From: Tubiluchus corallicola
Taxonomy: Eukaryota; Animalia; Priapulida
Assembly: GCA_030141605.1 (NCBI GenBank)
Contig: JAQGDQ010000339.1
Span: 62,001-126,000, forward strand
DNA: 64,000 nucleotides
Direction of reading: 5' to 3'
Shown here piece by piece: positions 39,501 to 52,668 of the stretch. Numbering within the stretch: position 1 is the stretch's first letter; every line of letters starts with the position of its first letter. The notes below the pieces were generated by a model. The model was not told where the DNA came from. It made no database searches and saw only the letters and a list, made by a program, of their open reading frames with translations. Position numbers and translations under genes: made by a program.

Positions 39501-42500
39501 CTCACACTCGAATGTCACGGTAAGCACCTATCCTTAGATTCGACGTCAGGAAATCATGCTTGGGAGGTTGTCCTTGAATCAAATTAAGCAGTTATTCACA
39601 AATCATTTCTGTGTTCAGTTGCTAGGGTGGGAGGGAGAGAGAGAGAGAGAGAAAGAGAGATTTGATTGATTTGATTTAATTCTTTATTTCAAACATAAGT
39701 TCGTATTATAATTTACATATATACAACATCATAAAAACAAAAAACCAATACAAACAAATCACACACAAACTTAGATAAACATGAAAATTACAATAATAGT
39801 CTCCACCATTGCTGTCTTATGTGCGATGTAAAACTAGCATCGCTTACTAAAATTTTCTGGCACATTAAATTATCACTAGTAGCAAATCTTTTCATTAAAC
39901 TTAAGATAGATTTTCTATGTAATACATCAAAATACATCACGCGAATTTCAACACTCGACTCACGAGCACTGTAATCATATGCATATCCAAAAAATAATCT
40001 TTTTGACACATTGTGCACAATTTTGAGTTTTAAGATATTATTATTATTAAAATGTATTTCATTAAGCATTAAATAGATATTTTTTAACATCAAAAGAACA
40101 ATAGCTGAATTTTCTAATAAGTTGGTTTGTACGACAGTAGTATAAGGATCTTTGCTTAACAATGTCAAGGTCATCTCGGTTATCATTTGAAATAATATAT
40201 ATATCCGAAATATTTTTCATTATCGCAGGTACATAAAACATTATTATCTAGTTTGATGTTACCAAACGTAAAATTTCTCATGATGTTTGAATTAACAGAC
40301 ATAAGTTTAGTTTTAGCTACATTGATTTTTATGTCATACTGTTCAGCATACAATTTATACACATCTAGTAGTTGCTGTAGGGCCGTAATCGTTGTTGCTA
40401 ACAAACAAACATTGTCAGCGTACATCAGGTGGCTCATAACCATGTTCGAGACATTGCAACCAAATTGGGTAGATGAAAGCTTAACACTTAGATCTTTAAA
40501 ATAAAAATTAAAAAGAAAAGGTGACGTCTTGCCACCTTGGCGTACTCCATTTCCAATATTAAAAGTTGTAGACTGACTATGTCCCCATCTGACAGACATG
40601 CCTTGTTGCGTGTAATAAAATGTGAGCAAGCGGATTACAATATTCGGGATTGAAGTCTGTGTGAGTTTGAGAAAAACCTTGAAGAAATTAACCCTATCAA
40701 ATGCCTTTGACACGTTGATAAAGGAGAGAGAGAGAGAGTTCATCTATATACTGTGATAGAAGAGAAAATTTCAAAATTATGTACAAGTTTTATATAGCAT
40801 TATTGCTGAGGCAAGCTCTGTATTCAATAAGACATGTAAAATTTCAAAATAAATGTATTTAAGCTTTATTTATTAAGAATGTTTTCTTGTGCGTTAATAT
40901 GCCACTTTAAAAAGAGATGAACATAATCTGTCGTTCTAATTATAACAATTTTTTTAATTGACAAACTTGGCTTCTGATTCATGATTTATTACGTAAGAAA
41001 GACACACAATTGCAAAGAAACGTCACATCAGAAAAATGATGTATATGTTACAGACCCGATGGATTAATAACAAACAAACATACAAGCACACAAACAAACA
41101 AACAAAATAGTTATCAGTATTGTTAAAATTGCTTATTTTTAAACCAGCATACAGATTTAAGTATTTCAGTATTATAACTGCTACATAAGAATATGAACTA
41201 TTCGTCTGTCATTAGATTTATAAAATCAGGACACACATTCATTACAATTTGAAAATGTTTAGCTCCAACATCGTTATGTTCAGTACAATATACATTGTAT
41301 TAATATACACTCATATCTCGGTTTGCCAAACAAAAGTGGGGAGATATCGGTCCGAATTTGCCGATTGTCCGTATTTACTGATACTAAGCTAATACAGTAG
41401 GTGCTGCGTATTAGACTCATGGTAATGTAGAATCAATCGCCTAATTGTCTCAAAAACATCTAGTACAGGCTGCTCCTATACAAAAGTATGCAAAAACTGT
41501 CAGCAATTGTCTCAAATAACTCTGCATAATTGATTCTATATTTTGATCTCTATAAGTGACTCTGATTAATCCACTTAAACGTGCTGACATACAAGCTACA
41601 GATATGTCGTTACATGCTGATGTAATGATGTATACAAAGTGACGGCCCGCCAACTAGCAGTCAGCTCACGAAACAACGGACAGTGTCCGTAGTGCAAACG
41701 GCTTTTTAACAGTCCAGATTGTCTGATTCTTCCGATATCCGTAAAAGAGAGGTCCGACAAGCCGAGATGTGAGTGTATATGCTTCTCGTCCTGGATTTGG
41801 TAATGAGGTTTAAATGAGTTCTTAAGATTTTCAAGTTGTTGTTAGCAAAGATATTGTTGCTGTTACATTTGTGCATTCTTTCTGAAAGCTTTTAAATATT
41901 TCTTGCTTTAAGATGGCTCTGATCTGGCTAAAGATATTCTTTAAGATGATTCAAGAGATTATTATATTTTTATCAGATTAAATTACAATCATAACGTCTC
42001 AGTTTTCGGCTAGTCATTTTTGCTGGACCGTTAAAGGGTCTTTCACCATCCCATCCTGGTTTCATTTACTAACCTATGTTTTTGTAATGTACAAAGGGAC
42101 AAATAAATTTATTGAATTGAATTGAAAAAGTAGAATATTATTATTGATTTTTTGTAGGTGTTCAAGACGTGCATGCTGACCACGCTGCTAGTCATATTGG
42201 CAAGGCTACTGGTCTGGTCACTCTGTTACGAGCAGTGGCTTACCATTCTAGTAAAAGCCGGGTGCTCTTTCCTCAGGACCTCATGCTTAAGGTGAGGCAA
42301 AGTTCATTACATATTTTTGTGGGACAAATGAAAACATGTATAGGTCTTTTGCACTTTACAAATTTTAAAAGACAAGAAAACACATTTCCTAAGTAAAGCC
42401 GAAAGAAATTCGTATAACTTCCTTAAAGTTTTGCAAAATCAAAATTCTTCTGGAGTTCAATTACTGTTAATTATTAATTACAGATCCGACATTAAGAAAA

Positions 42501-45325
42501 ATTTTCAAATTACAACAAAATTTCCTAGTCGGAGAACATTGCAGTTGACTTAGTTACTGTATGCAGCCTAGAAAAGAGGCTAATGTTGTTACTTAACCAT
42601 GTGTGTAGGGTGTCGTGTGACTTGGCAAATCGACAGTTTTGGGAAAAACAGAAGCGTTTCTCTATATGCCACTTGTATTATTGTGAAAACCTGCAATGTT
42701 CTGTATCTTTCATAATCTATGCGTGTTGGAGCTGAATGTCTAAGGACTATCATGTTATGAGCAACTAATGGATAGAAAAGAGTTACTCTGGTGCAGTACC
42801 GCAAATCATACCCAGGGTTTATTAGATTGAGTATTAGAAATACTTTGAAAAAGGGCTCAGGGATGCAAAAATGCGCAGAATGTGTGGCTTCACCCACGAA
42901 ACAAATTATCAAAACATGACTTGCCTGAATAAAACAATCCCATTCAGAAGTCACATTGCCAGGATCGTTGTTAACTCCTTCAGGACCGTAAGAGTTTGCT
43001 GCATTTTGCACATTTGGGTTCATGAAAAACTCTTCTCACTAAGCAGCGATTACGTTATATTTGATAATTTTTATAGGTTTCTGTTCTTCACACAAGGGAT
43101 TTTCGTGCAGAATTTGAAAAAGGGTGGGGCCAGAAGTTTTTTTACCCCCGGATGCTGCAAGCACTTGCCGCACTCATCCGTTTTCACAAGTTATTTCCAG
43201 AAGGTGGGAGTGGTTACTTACTGCACTGAAGACTGGTAACTGTCACCATTATAATTGTAATTGTTGTGTTTACAGCATCGTGTTTCTGAGGAGCAAGTGC
43301 TACGTGGTGCTATTGACGACTCATTTCTAGACTTGTGTTTTGAAATTGCCTCCCAGTCTAGACAACATTTATCTAAGGTAACAAAGTTGCTCTAATTTTG
43401 CTCTTAGTCTAGTCTACTGTATTTCTTAGATTTCTAACTTTCTGCATTCATGTATCTTAAACAAAATGTTGAAAAAGTAGAAGTTAGTCTTGTTCAGGTA
43501 AAATTTCATTTTTGCAGTTCCAGCATTTGATGATTATTGTGAAAAGGTCAAAGGCTAAGTGTACCACACAACACATTTGTGCACACTTGACAACGCCTCA
43601 CAGCCCATGCCGTTGTAATAATAACAGTTTTAACAGCTAGCTAGAACCTTACCTAGTTCATTTTTTCTAGTTCCCAAGCAAGATCTTGCTAGTAAATGAC
43701 TCTAATACACAGATAATGCATAATTAAGTATAGTCCATGTAAAACAAGTGAAGTTGCTGCACTGATTTGGCAGACGGCGTTGCTTCACCCACAAGTCACG
43801 TGACTAGCTAGAGCTTTACTTAGTTCATTTTTTCTAGTTCCCAAGCAAGATCTTGCTAGTAAATGACTCTAATACACGTATATTGCATAATTAAGTATAG
43901 TACATGTAAAACAAGTGAAGTTACTGCACTAATGTGGCAGACGGCTTTGCCTTACCCACACGTCATGTGATGGTTCTAGTCGTATGCGTTGCTTTGTTAC
44001 ACTTAACCTTTGACCTACAACTGCGCTTGCGCACAACAAAGCTGTGAAAAGGCAGGATTTATCAGAATTTTCTATTGAAAATAAAAGCAAATATTGATAC
44101 ACATTTAGTTTTTAATGTTTAAAAGGTCTTGCTATGCAGAACAAATACAAAATTGCCGCAAGTAGGCGCCACCACCTGGGTTTCGCCTTTAGTAGAGTAT
44201 ACTATATTAAACTGTATAAGAAAAATCCCAGCCTAGAGAAATATTCAGAAGTTTTTCAGATGAAACGAGACTAAAAGTTTTAAACCGAAACATCTTAAAC
44301 AAAAAGAAAATCTCCATTGAGGTGATCAACATGACTACTGGCCTTTTCTGATAGAAATTGTACAGGATATGTTTTGGTCATCCCAGTGGTCATTTTCAAC
44401 CCAAAGTCTACAGACTAGACTTTTAATGAAGTGTCATGAACAGTTAAATACTCATTAGCTTGTACATTGCAAGTTTTACGCAACACTTATATGATAAGCA
44501 CTAACATATATTATATATGTTATATATAATATGTATATATATTATAAGGATAAAAAGTTGTGAATAAATTTATGGTAAAAATAGTATCAATTAAAGGAGG
44601 ACCGGACGATTGTTTGGACTCAATCTCATTTTAATTTACTGTCCAAAATATACATTTTCTTGCTTGAAAAAGTTAACAATTGTTTCGTATATTTGAATAA
44701 TTAGCTTAGAAAGTTAATTAACGGCAACCGAACACAGCTATTCTTATGTCAGAAACTAACCACAGATTATGATCATGGTTATCACGGTACCGCCTTCTAT
44801 TTGTTGGCCACGCAAAGGTAACAAACAGGCGCAGTTGCCAATCTTAGTAGATTCACTTAGCCACACATAGCTTTGAATGTTTAACGAAATTTGAGTATTC
44901 GGGGTAATTATTATGTAATCTAAGCTTTGATTTAAAATAAGCTATTGTAGTTTTCAATATTTTAGATCATTCTTTATTCTGAACTAATGTCTATACAATC
45001 GTCCGGTTTTCCTTTAAACTGTAAGCATTAAAACTTTGCACTGAACATAACTTTTGTGTCTGGTACAGACGTTAAAGATGGAGCTTGTAAATCTCGTGAG
45101 AACAGCACGATGGCAAGTTGCACTAACTCTCTTTTGTAGGCCAAGTCGTTACGTAAAGATGTGCCAAAGCCAGCTCTCCCCGTCATGTTACCGGCCGTAC
45201 CTGGTGAATTGTACCTAGCAGCTTTGCAGAAAGCTGGTTTTAACGTTTTTGACGGAAAGTTGCAAACCAGGAGCGCACGACTACCGCTCGTGCTATGGTG
45301 GAATAAATTCAGGCTTCAATATTGA
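36555..45325 (+). CDS. NDUFAF6: NADH:ubiquinone oxidoreductase complex assembly factor 6 (squalene/phytoene synthase fold), 9 exons, 296 aa: 36555-36640, 38200-38299, 38552-38632, 38991-39032, 39215-39271, 39417-39519, 42158-42291, 43276-43377, 45140-45325
   Basis: Phase-consistent GT-AG model of 891 nt. Peptides [94 protein letters not shown] are collinear with NDUFAF6; short mitochondrial-presequence-like N-terminus (ARSFS). Confidence 0.96.
36951..37505 (+). mobile_element. 5S rRNA-derived SINE (SINE3 type) with RTE-LINE-derived body, (CCAA)n tail and 11-bp TSD
   Basis: TSD AGGAAGAGGAG at 36940-36950 and 37506-37516; full-length 5S-like head ~36957-37076 without a T-run terminator; GC-rich body; 3' part encodes [12 protein letters not shown] (RTE ORF C-terminus-like) and ends CCATTGTCTTCCGAGACAGAAATATGCCAACCAACC. 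Confidence 0.85.
36957..37076 (+). rRNA. 5S rRNA-like sequence (head of the SINE; probably not a functional 5S gene)
   Basis: CACGTTGAAAACACCGGTTCTCGCCTGATCACCGAAGTTAAGCAACGTAGAGCCTGGTTAGTGCTTGGATGGGTGACCGCCTAGGAATACCAGGTGCTGTAGACTT closely matches metazoan 5S; A box, intermediate element and C box are recognisable. Confidence 0.8.
39661..40722 (-). mobile_element. 5'-truncated, frameshifted L2/CR1-group (Daphne-like) LINE in NDUFAF6 intron 6
   Basis: RT motifs [26 protein letters not shown]; C-terminal ORF fragment; (AATC)-like tail; (GA)n on both flanks. Confidence 0.88.
41308..41776. mobile_element. MITE (pogo-like), apparently with another MITE fragment nested from ~41394
   Basis: TA-CACTCATATCTCGGTTTG...CAAGCCGAGATGTGAGTG-TA; related end at ~38397-38462. 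Confidence 0.7.
43515..44053. mobile_element. TIR element remnant with an internal ~180-bp tandem duplication; related left end at ~32033-32232
   Basis: GCCTTTTCACAG (32034) is the reverse complement of CTGTGAAAAGGC (44042); the two regions share internal sequence. Confidence 0.6.
44595..45013. mobile_element. Kolobok-like MITE family C, copy 3
   Basis: TTAA-AGGAGGACCGGACGATTGT...ACAATCGTCCGGTTTTCCT-TTAA. Confidence 0.85.
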
Positions 45326-45788
45326 AGAATGGATCTGGCAGGTTTAGGGACTGAAGTGGTATATCAGAATTTTATAGGTCAGGTAGGTCATATTAAAGGA
45401 AAGAACAAGTCACTCAGTATTATCACTTAAACTTAGGAAAACATAACAAAGAAATTTGCAAAGCACTGCCTATAAAGCATAAATTTAAAATACACTACCT
45501 CTTAATAAAAATTTTCAGGCGTCGTGGTTGCCGCCTTTTATTCGAAAATCGCGACGTAACTGGGACACTTCATGACTTTTCATAATCGCGTCGTAGCTTT
45601 CCATAAGCGTGTATGAGTTCAATAAAACCTATAAACCAAGCGTGGTAGTGAAAAGACACTAATTGAAATCATAAAAATTTGTTGGAGACCATTCAGGCAT
45701 TTTAGGACAAAAACTGAATAAACAAGGAGGGAAATCTTCTAAAAACAAGGATCATAATTCTAACGTAACTATGCTGGACCATCTGTAG

Positions 45789-48441
45789 CAGACAGCCCTA
45801 GCTGAATAGGCTGAAGCCTAAGGCCCGGGATCAAAAGGGGCCCGGCAAAATAAAATATAGAAAAAAGTTTTTTTTTAAAAGTCAGTCACTATATTTCAAA
45901 TCGGGTTTACACAAATCAAGTTTACCCAATTTAAGTTTACACAATTCAAGTTTACACAATTTAAGTTTACACAATTCACGTTTACACAGTTTAAGTTTAA
46001 GTTCAAAATTTCAGTTTCCGAATTTTTCTGGGGGCAAAGTCAGTTATAATTTCTGAAAAGTCCATTTTTTTCAACATATCTGACTCAATATGCATCAGTG
46101 ATAAATTGTTTAATTTGTCATCCTTTAGAGATGACCGTAGATAAGTTTTTATCCTTTTCAGAGCAGAGAATGATCGTTCCCCACTGCAGTTTGAAACCAT
46201 CATACACAAGTACATTCTAACACATATGTAAACATTTGGGAACAGTGACAGAAGGTTATTGGAAACAATTTGCCGATACATCTGTAGTTCAATGCTGCCG
46301 TTGCAAGTTTGGTCACATTTCTGGATAAACGACTGGAAGTGTACTAACTCTTCTACAAAAGATGTCTCTAAATCGTTAGGATATGTGTCCAAAAGATTTC
46401 GAGCAGCTTGGCGCAGTTGGTCAATGTTCAGTGTCAAAATGTCAGACAGAAACCCAAATTTGGAGCAAACGTTATCATAGGCACTAATGCGTTTATCTAA
46501 TGCAGCACATAGTTGATCTATGATAGAAAGAAAGACATTTACACGGAATGAATCACGAGGGCTGAACTCGGTTTCACCAGCAGCTCCATCATTTCGTCTC
46601 AGTTTCTCGCTTCTCTTTCGTTTTCTTGTCATTTCTTCTTCGTAAGTGATTTGATTTGATTTTGACTTGCCGCTTTTTTCGAAGGAGTCAAACTCTTCTC
46701 GTTGGGATGAAACAAAGTCCTTCAATGACTGAAGTAGTTTCATAGCTGTATTCAAATGCAATGATGCACTTTGAAGTTTCTTACTTGTGTCATGAAATTG
46801 TTTTAGTAACACTGACCAAATTGATATTAATATACCGAACTCCAATTTTTCCATTTTTTGTGAAAGACATTTAGCCTCTCTTCGAGCATCAGCCTTCTCA
46901 TCAGAATCATTAGACATTTTATCAAGACATTCAAGAATTTCAGAGTAGCCCTCACCAAGAGCATGTACAGCAGACGAATGAGCAGACCATCTTGTATCTG
47001 AGAGACGTTTGACTACAGGTAAATTCTTCTTACTTAATTCGGCCACTAATAATCCCCAGCAATGTGTGGAGGCACTGAAAAATGTATATAGATTTTGAAC
47101 AAAGTCAAAAAACTGACAGACCAGAGGCATACAGTCAACTGCTGACTGTCCTACCAGGTTTAGTGAATGAACGAAACATGGTACATAGAATGCTGTGCTG
47201 CTTTCCTTGCATATGAGCACTTGGACACCATTATATTTCCCACTCATTTTGCTCGCGTTATCGTATGATTGTCCTCTACAATTTGAGATATGAAGTTCAT
47301 TTTCTTCCAGGAATGCAAATAAACTTTCCGTGAGGTCCTTGGCTGAATGTCCATGCATGTCTAGGAATTTAACGAATCTTTCCACTGAACCATCCTCTCC
47401 AAGATACCGAAATATTAAAGTCAATTTGTCAGTGTGAGAGACATCTGGTGTTGAGTCCATTGATATTGAAAAGTACTTCGCCTTTTTAATTTCTGCAGTA
47501 ATACATTTCAGTAGCTTCTGTCCCATTATTTCAATTATTTCGTCGCAAATAGTAGATGACATATACGAAACAGAACCTCTACCTCGTCCACCATAAGTTT
47601 CTATATGCCTTGAAAGAAAGGGATCGAATTTGGCCAGTAATTCCAGTGTCCCCAGAAAGTTTCCATTAGAAGGAGAGTTTAACAGCTCATCATGTCCACG
47701 GAATGGCAAGCCACGCTCAGCTAGGAATGCTATGGTTGCTACAATTCTTTCCAGGACTGACCTTGCATATGCTTGCTCCGCTTTCTCTTGTTTTATGTGT
47801 TCACTGTCAATTCTACCAGCTTCTTTGGCACGTGTGATCAATTTGACACCTGCTGTGCGATGTTCAGAACTGTTTTCATGTTTTTCAATACGGCTATTTG
47901 CATTTTTCCAATCACTGTATCCTTGAATGAATGTATTTGTCCGATCCTAAAAAAATATTGTACAAATGAAACAGAAGACACAACCTGTGCTGGGAGAGTA
48001 GCAAAGCTATGACCGGTCTATTTCTTCACCATTTACAGAATGAATTCGTGCGAAGAGAGACTTTGTAAAATATCTTTTCTGCTTGTTGTCTATTTTTTCC
48101 AATTTATTGAAATTAGCATGTTTATTTTGAAACTTAGAACTTGGTTGTTGCAGTAAAACTTCTATCTGTGGATCCGAAAGTTTTGGCCAGAGCGCAATAT
48201 CCAATGGAAACTGTATTTCCTGATGATTGTTATCTTCCATTGATTCATCACAGATAGTCTGTATAGTTTCACTCGCTGCCGATTCTTGAGCCTGGAGAGT
48301 TTCAGTTGCATTAGATTGACTTGCTGCTGCGACGAACATTGATGTAATTTTTGGTGTACATCTTAAATCTGCCTCTTCCCGTTGCTTCTTTTGCTCTCTT
48401 TCTTTTGCTTTTTGGCATCCGGATTTATGACGATACGCCAT
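45789..48441 (-). mobile_element. hAT DNA transposon (TTF zinc finger/DUF4371, ZMYM1-like transposase); single frame 48441-46003 with two premature TAG stops
   Basis: Motifs LPFRGH, GNFL, SMDSTPDVSH, GQSYDNA, CFVH, SDTRW, SGERSFSALKRIK; stops at 48007-48009 and 47947-47949; GC-rich degenerate terminus near 45789; short subterminal tandem repeats 45905-46002. 5' terminus not found. Confidence 0.92.
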
Positions 48442-49115
48442 ATTTCTGAAAATAAAAATATAAGAATAAGTACTAATAAGAATAATATAAGAATACTTAC
48501 TAATAAGTATAAGAAATTAGTAAGAAACTGAAGTTACTTTCAGAGTTTCTGATTGGTTTATTTTAGTTGACATCTAACCCAGAAACTCACCAAGCTGTAA
48601 TCGTGTTTATATAGTCCTAGTCCACAACTCAAGGATCAAGAAGATATAATTTCTATCACAATCGGTGGGCAAAAACTCACAAAATTAAACAAACTTACAA
48701 ACGACGAGAGCTCCACAAAAACACGTAAAAATATTACAAAGTTAGCTACCTAATTTTTTGTAAAAACTTGCTATACGCTTGATGAAGATTGAAAGTGCAC
48801 TTCTTTTCTTCAAGACGAATGACGTCATTCGAAGAAAAATGGGAGTTCAAAATGGGAGCACCCAAGCATGAAGCGATCGTGACTTTAAAGTGATTTTACT
48901 AATTACACAAGGCGATAATTGCAGTTATACTACTAAATCCTTCTAACATTTTTCACAAACATTGAAATAAATCTAACTTTCAAGAAGGCTTGACCTTTCC
49001 TTTAACTGTTATTGTACTTTTTTGGTTTAGTAATTATCGTGGTCACTAGGACAATAGCTGTACTCTGCATGTTTGCTACCCGTTTAGTTACTTCCAGCTG
49101 CCAATCAGCATTGTG

Positions 49116-49600
49116 CAGTCATGTGCAAAAGTTTGAGACCACCTAATGAATTTCATGTAAAATACACAATACATCAATTTAGTAGGTTCTATGATCTGGA
49201 TTTATTACTCAAAATGATTAAATCACAGAAAATTACATATAAATTCAAAAAGTAAATCCTTAAATTTGAGAATCGGTAATATTAGGCAGCATTTTTTGTG
49301 AGGATTTAGCAATTTTATGAATGTCAGTATTTTGTATTTCCGCCTTTATACTTGATTACAACCTGTAAACGACGAGGCATGATGTGCAATACCAGCAGTT
49401 ATCTCTGCTGTCCAGACTTGTTTTATTGCCTTTTCCGGGTCCTTGGCGCTAGTGGGTTGCTTATCCGCCACCTTGTCCTTCAGTAAAGTCAACAGGTTCT
49501 CAATAGGATTGAGATCGGGACTGTTACCCGGCCAATCCAAGGTTTTGACTTCAGGAATTATCTCACTATTTTTGAACGGTGACGGGGAGTACCTCTTGCA
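49116..49600 (-). mobile_element. Tc1-family transposon 3' fragment
   Basis: LDWPGNSPDLNPIEN (DD34E motif) and a frameshifted MPRRLQVVIKYKGGNTKY end; TIR-like CAGTCATGTGCAAAAGTTTGAGACCACC at 49116. Confidence 0.85.
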
Positions 49601-49734
49601 TGAATACATTGCAACCAAAATCATATTTTGGACGGGTGGTCGTAAACTTTTGCACAGGACTATATTATGTAAGAAATGATCCTGTTTTGGGTTTGAATAG
49701 CCGAAATGAAGGAATTTACATTTATTTTCACAAA

Positions 49735-49900
49735 ATACACAAGATCAGTAAGTTACATATCCTTCAATCAATGCACAAGAGCAGTAGGGTATATATGCTT
49801 CAATCATTACACAAGATCAGTAAGTTATATATCCTTCAATCAGTGCACAAGAGCAATCTGGTATATATGCTTCAGTCAGTGCATAAGAACAGTATTATAT
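49735..49900. repeat. ~36-bp degenerate tandem repeat
   Basis: acaagatcagtaagttacatatccttcaatcaatgc variants, ~4.5 copies. Confidence 0.7.
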
Positions 49901-51844
49901 GTCTGATATAATTATGCAGAGTTATTTGAGTCAATTACCCACAATTTTTATGTTCATTTGAGTAGGAGTGGCTGGTACCAAGTGTTTTTGAATCCATTAA
50001 GTGACTGAGTCTATTAACCGTTATCAATTTTTTATTCTTGCCAGTTTTTTTCAATTTGAACATTTTTGTGATGGGCCTCATTTTTCTTCCATTTGAGTCT
50101 TCACTAGTTTCATGAATAAACGTGAAATATTTTTGTCTTGATGTTCTTTTGAGTGATGGTGTAAACACATGTATTACAGAAAATCCAGTGTTCTATGAGC
50201 ACATATGTGTGGATCAGTGCGGCTTCTTTCTTTGTTCTAGTACTTTTACGAGGATAGAAACAGCAAACACGAAAGTTTCCTGCATGTGAAGTTTACTGAG
50301 AAGTTTTTGTTTTCTAAAGGAAAAAATACATAAAATTTGCTGTGATCTAGGTTTACAGAAATTTGAGCAAAAGTTACAAAACAAAATTACAAACAAATTG
50401 TTCTCAAATTAACAAAACAGTAGATTTTTAACTTAAAAGTACTTACTTCATTCGGCTACCCATATGGAGTACACTGTTCATGATGCATAACATGAAGTTT
50501 CTAACACAAAAAGTTGCATTTTTTTCACCAACATTACATAATGGTTTCTAAACAAGGTGCCAGGTCTCTGCAATAATCAGCTAAGTGACCCAATCTACCA
50601 GCAATTGCTTGTCGATGGGAAGTGGGTAGTGGCAATAAAAACAAATTTTAGCAAAACAGGCAACTAATTATATGGGTAATTTGCCCATAACAACCAGCAT
50701 GATCGGATCTCAATAAGTACATTTTATTTGCAAGATGCACTAGGCTACTTGGAAGTCTGCCAACTTCACCGTTTGACCATTTTAAAACTAGGTTTTGTCC
50801 ATAGCAGTTTCACGGATATACCCTTCGAAGATTGGCGTTGTGGTGATTTGGATACGGTATGAGACATCATAGGCTACTTTTTTCAGTTCCAATGTGTAAT
50901 TTGTGAAACTGTTCTGGAGGTTAAACATGTCCAAAGAAGCTGTTCTTAGTACACACAGCTTTGGATCAGTTCCAACTCAGAGATAACTTGCTTTACTGGT
51001 GACTCTACTTTTCTTTCATTTCAATAAGTCTTCGAAATTTGACGGGCTCACTGATGTAGTGACAACTAGCTGCTGGCAACAGAAACCAGGCGGCAACTCT
51101 TCTCTAAATGCTGAAGGCACTTCTGCACTTCCGACTGGTATGCAGATCGCAACAATTCGACTAGAAACCCTGTCCACAAATAGGACAGAAAGGCTCACAA
51201 ACTTGGCATTTATGGTCTACAGTCTACACTACACGGTCAAAGATTGAATGACCAAAGTCAGGTATACAGCAAGCCTCTTCTGCTGATGCATATGCAGCAG
51301 GAGTCTGCAACGTCGCAGGTAGGAATAAGTGAGTTAGGATATCCTGAATTGGTTATCATCTGTCTGTGTGGATAAACTACTGTATAGATAAACAAATCAT
51401 ATTGTGTACGAAATAGACACAAGTTTAGCACCCATACTGCAAATTCTCCTTAGAGCAGGACTGACCCTTTTATCCTTCCATATGGATCGGCTATGAAGCC
51501 GATAAGCAAGGAGTCTATGGCTTCTTCCTCTCTGGTCTTTTTCTCTGTGAGTCACCGAGTCATGGCCGGTTGCACCACTGGTACAATTGCGAATCCAGGA
51601 TGCCACTGGGCCTTCTGACTCACATTTCGTAAGCCAATCCATATGTTCTATGAAGGACATCTATTCTGTCGTCTTCCTGTGTTTCATACAATACATCGAG
51701 ACTACTGTGTTATGAAATAGCCATCCATGCCCTAGTTTTACTTTCCCACATGTAGATAATAATACCACATGCAATGCCTTACAGCAAAAGTAACGCTTTA
51801 ACATTCTTATCAAAATTGCATTTTTCCTTTCATTTGCATTTCGT

Positions 51845-52660
51845 TTGATTTTAGATTTAGATTTAATATTTTATTTTAAACTTCACAAAGTTCTCAAACA
51901 CATCACAAATTAATACAAATAATACAATAAATCATGAAACACAACAATAACACAAATAACAATTAACGATATAACAAACTACGCCAATGACATCTAATTA
52001 CAGAAGTAAAGTTTGCATCACTGTTTAAAATGTTCTTGCATATAAAATTTTCACTGTTATTCAGCCTGACATATAAACTGTAGGCACATTTTCTGTGAAT
52101 AACATCAAAATAAATAATATTAAGTCTAGTAGAAATATATCTTGCGCTCGTATCATATAAAAAGTTAAACAGCTTCCGTGTTGATACATTATATGCAACC
52201 TTGAGTTTGCTAAGATTGTAAGAATAAAAATGTCTCCAAGTGGACATACAATAAAAAGCAGTGCAGTAAGCATTAAACAATTGTCTCTTCACGTTAGCTG
52301 AACAGTGAGTAAATTTCATGAGTAATTTATTTGTTCTACCATAGTAAATTGAACATTGTCGTAATATATCTAAATCATCTCTATTGTCATCTGATAAAAT
52401 ATGACCCAGATATTCGATAAAGCCCGTCTTTTGGTAGGGCCAATTCAATTTTTAAGAAAGTCCGGCCTGTCTTCAACGTCATCTGGTATAAGATCCACGA
52501 GCATCGTTTTTGCTTCTTCTAGGTTCTCGACTGAGTAGAAATCGTGAATTACGATCTCTAGATCGCTGACTGGAACCCCCGCCTCAAGTTGATTTTGGGC
52601 AAAATAGTTCACCTCGGTGCCATTGTAGGTTGAGGGGCAACTAATTACCCATTACGATTA
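51845..52660 (-). mobile_element. Internally deleted L2/CR1-group (Daphne-like) LINE: ORF1 start joined to ORF2 C-terminus; its 5' UTR probably continues at 55908-~56006 beyond the hAT insertion
   Basis: ORF2 end [19 protein letters not shown]...NKLLMKFTHCSANVKRQLFNAYC, same family as 39661-40722; upstream frame IHDFYSVENLEEAKTML resembles a LINE ORF1 motif; (AAATCT)-like tail. Confidence 0.75.
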
Positions 52661-52668
52661 CCTGCACA

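Noticed and set aside
42589-43239. 144-aa and 122-aa ORFs in NDUFAF6 intron 7
   Set aside because: They span junctions of unrelated repeat fragments; no recognisable motifs.
47947-48009. Programmed TAG read-through or alternative genetic code in the hAT ORF
   Set aside because: One stop is a simple TGG-to-TAG change at a conserved Trp; host exons have no in-frame TAG; ordinary decay explains it.
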